Shown: positions 1-8,347 of the stretch, one piece after another
How positions within the stretch are numbered: the first letter of the stretch is position 1
Layout of the letters: every line of letters begins with the position of its first letter
DNA from: Gemmatimonadota bacterium
Lineage (GTDB): Bacteria; Gemmatimonadota; Gemmatimonadetes; Gemmatimonadales; GWC2-71-9
Direction: 5' to 3'
DNA: 35,540 nucleotides
NCBI GenBank assembly: GCA_003221005.1
Contig: QHTZ01000077.1
Coordinates: 1-35,540 of the forward strand
Made by a program: the position numbers and the translations under genes
The notes under the pieces: model-generated
What the model was told of the DNA's origin: nothing
The model's input: only the letters and a program-made list of their open reading frames with translations
Databases searched by the model: none

Positions 1-666
1 GTGGACCTGTATCTCATGGTCGGGGTCGGTGCGGCGAACGCCGGCGAGCTCGTGGTCGGCGGCCGGGGTATCGCGTTCGTGTGCCTCGAGCATTTCACCG
101 GGCGCGCCAATCCCCACACCTACGGGCTGGGCCTCGCACCGCACCTGTTGTCGCTGTGGATCGCGCACGAAGCGGCGCACGCGATCCGCTACACGTCCCC
201 GACCAGCCGCGCCGACCTGCGACGCCTAGTCGCGGAGCTGCGGGGCTCCTACGACTATTGGGACACAGGTAGCCGGGCGACGCTGCGCGAGCTGCTGGTG
301 AACGAGGGCGCGGCGGTCGCGGCCGCCCAGGCGGCGGCGCCCGGCTTCGAGCCGTGGGAGTACTTCGGCTACGCGCGGCGCCAGTTTCGGCGCTGCCGCG
401 AGCTCGACGCGTTCCTGCGACGGGTCGTCGCCCCGGAACTGGACCAGCGCGGCCTCGGGCTCCGGCTGCGCTACCTCTCGGGTGGGACGCGCGCCACGGC
501 CCGGCTCGCCGGGGGCAAAGTGCTGCCGGAGCGGTCCGGGTACTACCTCGGGCTGCGTCTGGTGGAGCCGTATCTTGCAGAAGCGGGGATCGCGTCGGCG
601 GTCCGGGCGGCGGCACCCGACTTTCAGAAGGCGGACGAGCGGGCGCTGGGAATGCAGACGGCATGA
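1..666 (+). CDS. Putative Zn-dependent protease, DUF2268-like (probably 5'-truncated by window edge)
   Basis: HEAAH (HExxH) motif followed by a downstream NEG third-ligand-type motif and a C-terminal GYxLG motif, typical of DUF2268-like gluzincins. Its stop overlaps the next ATG (ATGA). Confidence 0.65.
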   Translation: MDLYLMVGVGAANAGELVVGGRGIAFVCLEHFTGRANPHTYGLGLAPHLLSLWIAHEAAHAIRYTSPTSRADLRRLVAELRGSYDYWDTGSRATLRELLVNEGAAVAAAQAAAPGFEPWEYFGYARRQFRRCRELDAFLRRVVAPELDQRGLGLRLRYLSGGTRATARLAGGKVLPERSGYYLGLRLVEPYLAEAGIASAVRAAAPDFQKADERALGMQTA

Positions 667-863
667 GCCCGAAGCCGCGCGTGGAGCGGAGGACCAACCG
701 GCCGTTGCGCGAGGTGCTGGACGATCTGTTGACGCACGCGCGGGACGTCGCCCGGCGCGCCAAGGCGATGACGTCGGCCGAGTTGGACTACGCGCAGCAG
801 CGGCTCGAGTGGCTGGCTGACGAGGTGTGGCGCACGGCGACGGGCGACGAGCCGCCGCCGTGA
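663..863 (+). CDS. Small hypothetical helical protein (66 aa)
   Basis: MSPKPRVERR...GDEPPP; ATGA overlap with the upstream gene, fills the gap to the PTPS gene, amphipathic helical composition. Confidence 0.7.
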   Translation: MSPKPRVERRTNRPLREVLDDLLTHARDVARRAKAMTSAELDYAQQRLEWLADEVWRTATGDEPPP

Positions 864-880
864 GCACGGCGAAAGGGGCC

Positions 881-1390
881 ATGCCGGAGCGTAACGAGTT
901 CAGGGTGGCGGTCACGAACGACAACCTCGTGTTCGCGTCCGCGCACTTCATCATCTTCCCGGGTCACCGCTGCGAGCGGTTGCACGGGCATAACTACCGC
1001 ACCCGCGTCGTGGTCGAAGGCGGCCTCGACCCCGAAGCCCACTACGTCTTCGACTTCGCCGAGCTGAAGCACCTGATGCGGAGGCTCACCGACGAGCTCG
1101 ATCACCGGGTGCTGCTGCCGCTCGAGCACCCCAAGCTCCAGGTTCGAGAGCAGGGCGACACCGTCGCCGTGGCGTACGAGGGCAAGGCGCGCTACGTGTT
1201 CCCGAAAGCCGACTGCGCGTTGCTGCCCATCCCCAACACCACCGTGGAGATGCTCGCGCAGTACCTCGCCCGCCGCGCCCGCAGCGAGCTCGAGCGGACC
1301 GCCGGCGGCGCCGTGGCGCTGCGGGTGATCGAGGTCGAGATCGAGGAGAACTTCGGTCAGGCCGCCACATATCGCGAGTCGCTCGGGTGA
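881..1390 (+). CDS. 6-pyruvoyl-tetrahydropterin synthase / QueD family protein (COG0720), CExxHGH type
   Basis: FASAHF, CERLHGHNY, DF, LDH and PNTTVEMLA motifs of the T-fold PTPS family. Purine-rich SD (AAAGGGG) before ATG 881; alternative GTG at 860. Confidence 0.9.
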   Translation: MPERNEFRVAVTNDNLVFASAHFIIFPGHRCERLHGHNYRTRVVVEGGLDPEAHYVFDFAELKHLMRRLTDELDHRVLLPLEHPKLQVREQGDTVAVAYEGKARYVFPKADCALLPIPNTTVEMLAQYLARRARSELERTAGGAVALRVIEVEIEENFGQAATYRESLG

Positions 1391-1989
1391 CCGTCGAGAC
1401 GGTCGTCAAGGTGGGAGGCGGGGTGCTGAGCCGGGCGGGCGCCTTCGAGCTCGTCACCGGCGCGTTGGCGGCCTTCGGGCGGGGGCGCCGGGTGCTGGTG
1501 GTTCCCGGGGGCGGCCCGTTCGAGCAGGCAGTTCGCGAGCTGCTGCGTCGCCTCAAGATCGGCGTCGACGCCGCCCACTGGATGGCGGCCCTCGGCATGG
1601 ACCAATATGCGCACGCCCTCGTGGAGCGCACGACGGGTGCGGTCCTGGTGGAGCAGCCGCCCGAGATCGAGGCGGCGCTCGACGCGGGCAGCATCCCCGT
1701 GCTCGCTCCGTACCGCTGGCTGCGGACTGTAGATCCCCTGCCCCACACGTGGGACGCCTCGAGCGACAATGTTGCCGCGTGGATCGCCGGCGTCGTCGGC
1801 GCCCGGCGCATCGTGCTCATCAAGGCCGCCATGGGCGACCAACCCAAAGCGCTGGATCCCGCCTACCTGCGCGCTCTCCCCGCCGGCATGGACTCCGTGG
1901 TCCTCACCCCGAACGAATTGGAAAAGCTGGGCGACGCGCTCGCCCAGAGCCCAATCCCGCAGCAGCGACGTACGGTGCGCGAGGGCTGA
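1387..1989 (+). CDS. Amino-acid-kinase superfamily protein, MfnE/MJ0458/Orf21-like
   Basis: VVKVGGG, VVPGGGPF, AAHWMAALGMDQY and LPHTWDASSD motifs, characteristic of the short MJ0458-type kinases. GTGA overlap with the upstream gene. Confidence 0.8.
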   Translation: MTVETVVKVGGGVLSRAGAFELVTGALAAFGRGRRVLVVPGGGPFEQAVRELLRRLKIGVDAAHWMAALGMDQYAHALVERTTGAVLVEQPPEIEAALDAGSIPVLAPYRWLRTVDPLPHTWDASSDNVAAWIAGVVGARRIVLIKAAMGDQPKALDPAYLRALPAGMDSVVLTPNELEKLGDALAQSPIPQQRRTVREG

Positions 1990-2043
1990 GGGCGCCTTGT
2001 GGCGCCCGCGAAGGGTCCGGTAGGTTACGGTCCGGGAGATACC

Positions 2044-2874
2044 GTGTCCAAACAGAGTACAGAGGGAGCGGCCGCGCGACCCGCGCCTGCCGAGCGTGCC
2101 CGGGCGGGCGGGGAGGTGTCGCTCGCGGGCCAAGTTGTCCTCGTCACGGGGGCGTCGAGCGGGATCGGCCGGGCCATCGCGCTCGCGTGCGCGGGGTCAG
2201 GCGCGGACGTGGCCCTCACATACCACGGCAACCAGGCAGGCGCCGAGGGAACGGCTGACGCGGTCCGCGGCCTCGGGCGGCGGGCGGAAGTGCTGCGCGC
2301 GGACGTCGCCGAGCCTGCCGACGTCACGGCCCTCGCGCGCGGCGCCCAGGCGGCGTTCGGGCGCGTGGACGTGTGGATCAACAACGCCGGGGCCGACATC
2401 CTCACGGGGGCGGCGACCCGACTCTCCTGGGCAGAGAAGCTCGATCGCGTCCTGGCGGTAGATCTGCGGGGGACGGTGCTCGCCTCGTGGGCGGCGGTCG
2501 AGCTGATGCGACGACAGGAAACCGGTGGGACGATCCTCAACATGGCCTGGGACCACGTGCTCGGCGGCGGCACGAAGGGGGAATACGCCGAGATCTTCTG
2601 CGCCGCGAAGGGCGGCGTGTACAGCTTCAGTCGCGCGCTGGCGCGCACTGTCGCCCCGCACATCCGCGTGAACGTACTGGGACCGGGCTGGGTGGAGACC
2701 GCGTACGGGGCGGAGCTCGACCCCGCGGTCAAGGCGCGGATCACGGACGCGATTCCGCTCAAGCGCTGGGCCCATCCCGAGGAGATCGCCGCCGCTGCCG
2801 TGTTCCTCGCCTCCGACGCGGCGAGCTACATCACGGGACAGATGCTCGTGATCAACGGCGGCGCGGTGACGTAG
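2044..2874 (+). CDS. SDR family NAD(P)-dependent oxidoreductase, atypical active site
   Basis: TGASSGIG, NNAG and IRVNVLGPG motifs; FCAAK in place of YxxxK. GTG 2044 follows GGAG; the ORF is open from 1999, so the start is uncertain. Confidence 0.88.
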   Translation: MSKQSTEGAAARPAPAERARAGGEVSLAGQVVLVTGASSGIGRAIALACAGSGADVALTYHGNQAGAEGTADAVRGLGRRAEVLRADVAEPADVTALARGAQAAFGRVDVWINNAGADILTGAATRLSWAEKLDRVLAVDLRGTVLASWAAVELMRRQETGGTILNMAWDHVLGGGTKGEYAEIFCAAKGGVYSFSRALARTVAPHIRVNVLGPGWVETAYGAELDPAVKARITDAIPLKRWAHPEEIAAAAVFLASDAASYITGQMLVINGGAVT

Positions 2875-2891
2875 CCCCGAGGGAGACGATC

Positions 2892-3254
2892 ATGCCGAAG
2901 ACCAAGGAGCGCACCTACAGCGACGCCGAGATCCGGGACAAGCTCCACGCACTCCCCGGGTGGTGGCTCGAAGGCGGCATGATCTGCCGGACCTACCAGA
3001 CCGACGGCTGGCCGACCACCCTGATGCTCGTGAACGCCATCGGGTACATCGCCGAGGCCGCGTACCACCACCCGGACCTCGCGGTGTCGTGGGGTCAGGT
3101 GACCGTGAAGGTCAACAACCACGCCGCCGGCGGGATCACCGACAAGGACTTTGAGCTCGCTCGAAAGATCGAGGACGCCGCGCTGTGGCGGCCGCAGGGC
3201 GGCGCGCTCGAAGGGACACCGAACAAGTTCGTGCGGCCCGGCGACGCGCGGTGA
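2892..3254 (+). CDS. phhB: Pterin-4-alpha-carbinolamine dehydratase (4a-hydroxytetrahydrobiopterin dehydratase, PhhB/PcbD)
   Basis: AEAAYHHPDL and HAAGGITDKDFELA motifs; SD GAGGGAG upstream of ATG 2892. Confidence 0.92.
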   Translation: MPKTKERTYSDAEIRDKLHALPGWWLEGGMICRTYQTDGWPTTLMLVNAIGYIAEAAYHHPDLAVSWGQVTVKVNNHAAGGITDKDFELARKIEDAALWRPQGGALEGTPNKFVRPGDAR

Positions 3255-4711
3255 GCGACATGCTCCCGCTCGTCGAGGAGCTGTCACCGCCGCCCGACCC
3301 GCTCGAGACGTGCGCGCGGTTCGAGGGACTGCCTTTCCTGCTGTTTTTCGATAGCGCCACGCGGCACGAGAAGCTGGGGCGCTACTCGTTCCTCACGGCG
3401 GACCCGCCGGCCCTGATTCGCACCACTGGGGCGCACACCCAGCAGTGGACCCAGGCCACTGGGGACTGGACCCCCGCCTCCGGTGATCCGCTCGCCGCCG
3501 CACAACGCCTGCTCGGGCTTCACGCCGCCGCAGCGGTCCCCGGCCTGCCGCCCTTCCAGGGCGGCGTGGCTGGATACCTAGGATACGACTGGGGCGCGAC
3601 GCTCGAGCGCCTCCCGCGACCTCGCTATCCCGGCCTCCCCGTTCCCGATGCCGTGCTCGGCCTGTACGACTGGGTCATCGCCTGGGACCATGCCGGGCGG
3701 CGCGCGTGGATCATCGCGACCGGGCTCCCCGAGCGCGGGACGGCTCGAGTCGAGCGCGCAGCCGGGAGGCTCGCGTTCGTGCGAGCGCGGCTCGCGGACG
3801 GGCGCACGGGCGGACGGCCGGACGGGGCGCGTTCACGGCCCGCCGGTCCGCCGGTCCGCGTATCCGCCCCAACGTACCCCGTCCCCGGCGTACCAGGCGT
3901 TCGCTCGACCTTCACCCGCGACGGCTATCTCGACGCGGTGGCGCGCGTGATCGAATACACATTCGCGGGGGACATTTTCCAGGCGAACCTGTCACAGCGA
4001 CTCCAGTCACCCCTGATCGGGACGCCGCTGGCACTGTACCGCCGACTGCGCTCCCGCAATGCGGCCCCATTCTCCGCCTATCTCGATTGCGGCGACCACG
4101 TCGTCGCGAGCTCGTCACCGGAGCGGTTCCTCCGGGTGGCGGACGGCCAGGTGGAAGCGCGGCCGATCAAGGGGACGCGGCCCCGCGGGGCGGGCCCCGA
4201 GGACGACGCCGCGCTCGCCGTGGAACTCGCGACGAGCGACAAGGATCGCGCCGAGAACGTGATGATCGTGGATCTCCTGCGGAACGACCTGTCGCGCGTG
4301 TGCATGGCGGGGACGGTGTGCGCCCCGGAACTGTTCACCGTGGAGCGGTACGCCACGGTGCAGCACCTCGTGTCCACGGTCGTGGGGGATCTCGCCCTCG
4401 AGCGCGACGCGACGGACCTCGTGCGCGCGGCGTTCCCCGGCGGGTCCGTCACGGGCGCGCCCAAGGTGCGGGCCATGGAGGTCATCGCGGAGCTCGAGCC
4501 CACGGCGCGCGGCGTCTACTGCGGCGCGATCGGCTACTGGAGCGTGACCGGCGCCCTCGACACGAGCATCGCGATCCGGACCTGCGTTGTGTTGGGCGAC
4601 GAGGTCTTCTTTCAGGCCGGCGGCGGGATCGTCGCCGATTCGGATCCCGAGAAAGAGTACGCGGAAACGCTCGACAAAGCCCGCGGCTGGATCGCCGCGC
4701 TCGCGCCATGA
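3251..4711 (+). CDS. pabB: Aminodeoxychorismate synthase component I
   Basis: GRYS, PPFQGG, GDIFQANL, SSSPERF, PIKGTRPR (PabB-type), KDRAENVMIVDLLRNDL and FPGGSVTGAPK motifs. GTGA overlap; alternative ATG at 3260. Confidence 0.92.
   Translation: MSDMLPLVEELSPPPDPLETCARFEGLPFLLFFDSATRHEKLGRYSFLTADPPALIRTTGAHTQQWTQATGDWTPASGDPLAAAQRLLGLHAAAAVPGLPPFQGGVAGYLGYDWGATLERLPRPRYPGLPVPDAVLGLYDWVIAWDHAGRRAWIIATGLPERGTARVERAAGRLAFVRARLADGRTGGRPDGARSRPAGPPVRVSAPTYPVPGVPGVRSTFTRDGYLDAVARVIEYTFAGDIFQANLSQRLQSPLIGTPLALYRRLRSRNAAPFSAYLDCGDHVVASSSPERFLRVADGQVEARPIKGTRPRGAGPEDDAALAVELATSDKDRAENVMIVDLLRNDLSRVCMAGTVCAPELFTVERYATVQHLVSTVVGDLALERDATDLVRAAFPGGSVTGAPKVRAMEVIAELEPTARGVYCGAIGYWSVTGALDTSIAIRTCVVLGDEVFFQAGGGIVADSDPEKEYAETLDKARGWIAALAP
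3793..3868. repeat. Intragenic inverted octamer tandem repeat (GGCGGACG-like x4 / CGTCCGCC-like x4) in pabB
   Basis: cgcggacg-ggcgcacg-ggcggacg-gccggacg (3793-3824) and ggcccgcc-ggtccgcc-ggtccgcg-tatccgcc (3837-3868). Confidence 0.7.
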
Positions 4712-5658
4712 TCCTGCTGATCGACAACTACGACTCGTTCGTCCACAACCTGGCGCGCTACGTACGCGAGCTGGGGGAGGAAGCCGTCGTGCGGCGCCAC
4801 GACGCCACGACGCTGAAGGAGATCGCGGCGCTCGGGCCGTCGCACATCATCATCTCGCCGGGTCCGCGCTCGCCCGCCGAAGCGGGGATCTCGACTGAGG
4901 TGATCCGGCGGTTTCGGGCCACGACGCCGATCCTCGGTGTGTGTCTCGGGCACCAGTGCGTCGCGGCGGCGTACGGCGCCGCGATCGTGCGGGCGGCGCG
5001 GCCGATGCACGGCAAAGCTTCCGAGATCCGGCACGACGGCCGCGGCATCTTCACTGGGCTGCCCAATCCGTTCCGGGCGGCTCGGTATCACTCGCTCGTG
5101 GTCGCGCGCGAGAGACTGCCCCAGGAACTGCGAGTCACCGCGACCGCCGAGGACGGCGAGATCATGGCGATCGCGCACGCGCGCCATCCCGTGATCGGGC
5201 TGCAGTTCCATCCCGAGTCCGTGCTCACCGAGCACGGCTACCGCCTGCTCGACCGGTTCCTGAGCGGGCCCGCCGCGCGGGGCGAGCTGCTTCCCGACCG
5301 CGCCGACGGCGCGCGGTCACTTCCCGACGCAGAAGGTCGCGAACACACGCGCGAGGACGTCGTCGGGCGTCACGACGCCGATCAGCTCGTCGAGCGCGGT
5401 GACCGCGGCGCGGAGGTGCGTCGCCGCGGCGGCCGCCTCGACTCCCTGGGCCCGCGCCGCGCGGAAGCCGTCGACCTCGTCGAGCGCGCGCTCGAGAGCG
5501 AGGCGGTGGCGGGCGCGCGTCACAACGGGCTCGACGTCTCCTCCAGCGAGCAGACGCCCAAACGCGGCCTCGGCGAGACGGCGCTTGAGAGTGTCGAGCC
5601 CTTCGCCGGTCAACGCGGACACAAGAGGGACGGGGGACGGGGGACGGGGGACGGGTAA
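4708..5658 (+). CDS. pabA: Aminodeoxychorismate/anthranilate synthase component II (class I glutamine amidotransferase) with long C-terminal run-on
   Basis: MILLIDNYDSF, SPGP, GVCLGHQ, RYHSL and QFHPES motifs; ATGA overlap with pabB. The domain ends near 5265 but the first in-frame stop is 5656-5658. Confidence 0.9.
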   Translation: MILLIDNYDSFVHNLARYVRELGEEAVVRRHDATTLKEIAALGPSHIIISPGPRSPAEAGISTEVIRRFRATTPILGVCLGHQCVAAAYGAAIVRAARPMHGKASEIRHDGRGIFTGLPNPFRAARYHSLVVARERLPQELRVTATAEDGEIMAIAHARHPVIGLQFHPESVLTEHGYRLLDRFLSGPAARGELLPDRADGARSLPDAEGREHTREDVVGRHDADQLVERGDRGAEVRRRGGRLDSLGPRRAEAVDLVERALESEAVAGARHNGLDVSSSEQTPKRGLGETALESVEPFAGQRGHKRDGGRGTGDG

Positions 5659-6669
5659 GAGATCCGCCTTCGTCCGCACCATGATGACCGGTGCGCTACA
5701 CGCTGCGAGGAAGTCGTCGCGGTCGTCGCCGTCCCCCGTCCCTCGTCCCTCATCCCCCGCTTCGCAGAACACGATCAGGTCCGCGGCGCCGAGGTATCGT
5801 CGGGAGACCTCGATCCCCAGCCGCTCCACCCGCTCATCGCTCTCGCGCAGCCCCGCCGTGTCCACGAGCCGAAACGGAAACCCTTCGATCACCGCCGTGG
5901 CCTCGATCGCGTCCCGGGTAGTCCCGGGGATCTCGGTCACGATGGCGCGCTCGCGTCCCAGCAGCGCGTTGAAGAGCGACGACTTCCCGGCGTTGGGTGG
6001 CCCCGCGATCACCAGCAGCGCCCCCTCCCGCAGCCGCTCGCCTTCCGGCGCGGTCGCGAGCAGCTGGGCGAGCCGGTCGCGGACCACACACCACGCCCGC
6101 TCCACGCGCTCCGCGGAGACCGGCCCTTCGTCCTCTTCGGGAAAGTCGATGTCGTAGGCGAGCAGCGCCTCGAGCTCGAGCAGTTCGGCGCGCAGCGCCT
6201 CAAGGCGATGGGACAAACCGCGGTCGAGCTGCTGCAGCGCGCGGCGGCGCTGCGCAGGGGACCCGGCGTCGATCAAGTCCGCGGTCGCTTCGGCCTGCAA
6301 CAGGTCCAGCTTGCCGTTCACGACCGCGCGGCGCGTGAACTCGCCGGCCTCGGCGAGCCGCGCGCCCGCAGCGACGAACGCCGCGACCGCATCGGCCGGC
6401 ACCAGAAGTCCACCGTGGGCGAATACCTCCACCACGTCTTCGCCGGTGTAGGAGCGCGGCTCCGCATAACGGACGACGAGCGGCTCGTCGATCAGCTCGC
6501 CAGTGGTGGGATGCGCGAGGCGCGACCGCGTCACGGTGCGCGGCGTGTCGGGGAACGGACGGAGACACCGCCCGGCAACCGTGAAGGTTCCTGACCCGGA
6601 GAGACGGATCACAGCGAGCGCAGACCGCCCCGGCGGCGTGGCGAGCGCCACGATGGGATCCGACAACAC
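5317..6669 (-). CDS. mnmE: tRNA uridine-34 modification GTPase MnmE/TrmE
   Basis: IVALATPPG, SYTGEDVVE, GEFTRRA, G1 GPPNAGKSS, GTTRD, DTAG and C-terminal FCVGK motifs; conserved position after yidC. Confidence 0.97.
   Translation of the reverse strand: MLSDPIVALATPPGRSALAVIRLSGSGTFTVAGRCLRPFPDTPRTVTRSRLAHPTTGELIDEPLVVRYAEPRSYTGEDVVEVFAHGGLLVPADAVAAFVAAGARLAEAGEFTRRAVVNGKLDLLQAEATADLIDAGSPAQRRRALQQLDRGLSHRLEALRAELLELEALLAYDIDFPEEDEGPVSAERVERAWCVVRDRLAQLLATAPEGERLREGALLVIAGPPNAGKSSLFNALLGRERAIVTEIPGTTRDAIEATAVIEGFPFRLVDTAGLRESDERVERLGIEVSRRYLGAADLIVFCEAGDEGRGTGDGDDRDDFLAACSAPVIMVRTKADLLPVPRPPSPVPLVSALTGEGLDTLKRRLAEAAFGRLLAGGDVEPVVTRARHRLALERALDEVDGFRAARAQGVEAAAAATHLRAAVTALDELIGVVTPDDVLARVFATFCVGK
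5625..5758. repeat. Intragenic inverted heptamer tandem repeat (GGGGGAC x4 / GTCCCCC-like x4) in mnmE
   Basis: gagggac-gggggac-gggggac-gggggac (5625-5652) and gtccccc-gtccctc-gtccctc-atccccc (5731-5758). Confidence 0.8.
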
Positions 6670-6682
6670 CGTCCCTCTTCCC

Positions 6683-8338
6683 CTAGGTCTGCCGGCCCTG
6701 CTGCCGCAAGCGGCGCTGCGCGATGCGGTACTGTTGCGGGATGCTGAAGATGTTCGACACCGCGTAATACAGATTCAGTCCGGACGCGAACCGCAGAAAC
6801 AGCACCGTCATGAAGATCGGCATGAAATAGAGCATCGTGGTGGACTGCGGGTTCGGCGGTACGCCGATCTGCCCCACTTTCGAGAGCACGAACATCGACA
6901 GCCCCATCATGAGCGGGATGATGTAGTAGGGGTCAGCGCGCGACAGGTCTGGCAGCCAGAGAAACGGCACTCCGCGGAACTCGATCGTGTTGGCGAACAC
7001 GAAAAACAGCGCGAACAGCACCGGCATCGGCAGCAGCATCGGGAGACAGCCGCCCAACGGGTTCACCTGGTGCTCGCGGTAGATCTTCATCATCTCCCGC
7101 TGCAACCGCTCCGGCTCGTCCTTGTACTTCTCTTGTGTCGTCTTGATGAGCGGCGCCGCCCCCTGCATCCGGATACTCGACTCCATCGCCCGCTGATTCA
7201 GGGGCCAGAGCAGCACGCGCACCAGAATGCCGAAGATGACGAGCACCCAGCCGTACGCCAGGTGCAGCTGCTCGTGCATCCACAACAGAATGTTCACGAC
7301 CAGGTTCGAGACGGGTTGGATCACCGAGCGCAAGAAGCCGCCGTACGGGTTAGCGTCGTCGAGGTCGTGCCCGATGCGGGCGAGGCGGCGGTATTCGAGC
7401 GGGCCGGCGTATACGTCGTAGCGGAAGTCGCCCGCGGACGGCACGGGCAGCGTGACCGACACGGCGGCGCGAGGAGTCGCGTGGCCCCCGCCGGAGCGCG
7501 CACCGCCCACCGCGATACTGCCGGCGAACTTCGGCCGAGGGTCCTCCAGCGCCAGCGCCGCCACCAGGAAGTACTTCGACTTCACCCCGATCCACTCGAA
7601 CGGGCCATCGAGCACCTTCGCCTCGCCGGGCTTCAGCGATTGGAAGGACGTGCTCTGGGTTTTCGACGACTTGGTCACGACCGCGTAATGACGAGCGTCG
7701 TCGGCCGAGTCCGCTTCTACTGACTTCAGCCCGTCCCCCAACCCCACGACCAGCACCGCTCCCGTGGACCCGAGCCCGGCCACGTGGCCCGTGACCTGGA
7801 ACCGGTAGTCGTCGGGCGAGAACACGTACTCGAGCGTGATCCGCGCCCCCCCTCCGGCACGCTCGGCCGCGAAGGTGAGCCGCGTGCTGTCGTGCTCCAC
7901 GCGAAGCGCGGCGACGTTCGGCGCGAAGCTCCAGTCGGCGAGCCGAACGGTATCGCCGCCGCCGACAAGACGGGACGTGAGGACAGCGTCACCCCGCGGT
8001 ACGAGCTGCACGGGCCGCCCGCTGTCGCTCGGCGCAAACGACCGAAAATCAAGGAGTTCCGCATGGACGAGAGCACCACCGCGGGTGCTGAAGCCGAACC
8101 GGTAGCGGGGCGAGGTGACCCACACAGTGTCGGCCGGACGGTCGGACGGTCGGACGGTCGGATTGAAGGACGGTCGCTCCGCAGCCGCTGCCGATTCCGC
8201 GCGAGCGACTGGCGGAATCGCCGTGCTATCCGACCGTCCAACCGTCCGACCGACCGGCTTCTTGGGTGGAAACAGAATGCTCGGCACCACGGCCACGATC
8301 AGCATCAGGACGATTGCCAGAATGACGCGTCGTTCCAC
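6683..8338 (-). CDS. yidC: Membrane protein insertase YidC
   Basis: N-terminal TM, large periplasmic domain, YAGP, NPLGGCLPMLL, FLWLPDLSRADP and SGLNLYY motifs. Confidence 0.97.
   Translation of the reverse strand: MERRVILAIVLMLIVAVVPSILFPPKKPVGRTVGRSDSTAIPPVARAESAAAAERPSFNPTVRPSDRPADTVWVTSPRYRFGFSTRGGALVHAELLDFRSFAPSDSGRPVQLVPRGDAVLTSRLVGGGDTVRLADWSFAPNVAALRVEHDSTRLTFAAERAGGGARITLEYVFSPDDYRFQVTGHVAGLGSTGAVLVVGLGDGLKSVEADSADDARHYAVVTKSSKTQSTSFQSLKPGEAKVLDGPFEWIGVKSKYFLVAALALEDPRPKFAGSIAVGGARSGGGHATPRAAVSVTLPVPSAGDFRYDVYAGPLEYRRLARIGHDLDDANPYGGFLRSVIQPVSNLVVNILLWMHEQLHLAYGWVLVIFGILVRVLLWPLNQRAMESSIRMQGAAPLIKTTQEKYKDEPERLQREMMKIYREHQVNPLGGCLPMLLPMPVLFALFFVFANTIEFRGVPFLWLPDLSRADPYYIIPLMMGLSMFVLSKVGQIGVPPNPQSTTMLYFMPIFMTVLFLRFASGLNLYYAVSNIFSIPQQYRIAQRRLRQQGRQT
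8135..8256. repeat. Intragenic inverted octamer tandem repeat (CGGACGGT / ACCGTCCG) in yidC
   Basis: Three perfect CGGACGGT at 8135-8158 plus two degenerate units to 8174; gctatccg-accgtcca-accgtccg-accgaccg at 8225-8256. Confidence 0.8.
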
Positions 8339-8347
8339 GATGGACTC

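Noticed and set aside
3706-4707. Apparent 650-aa PabA with a long N-terminal extension
   Set aside because: The extension is an Arg-rich off-frame read of pabB; the real start MILLIDNYDSF is at the ATGA overlap (4708).
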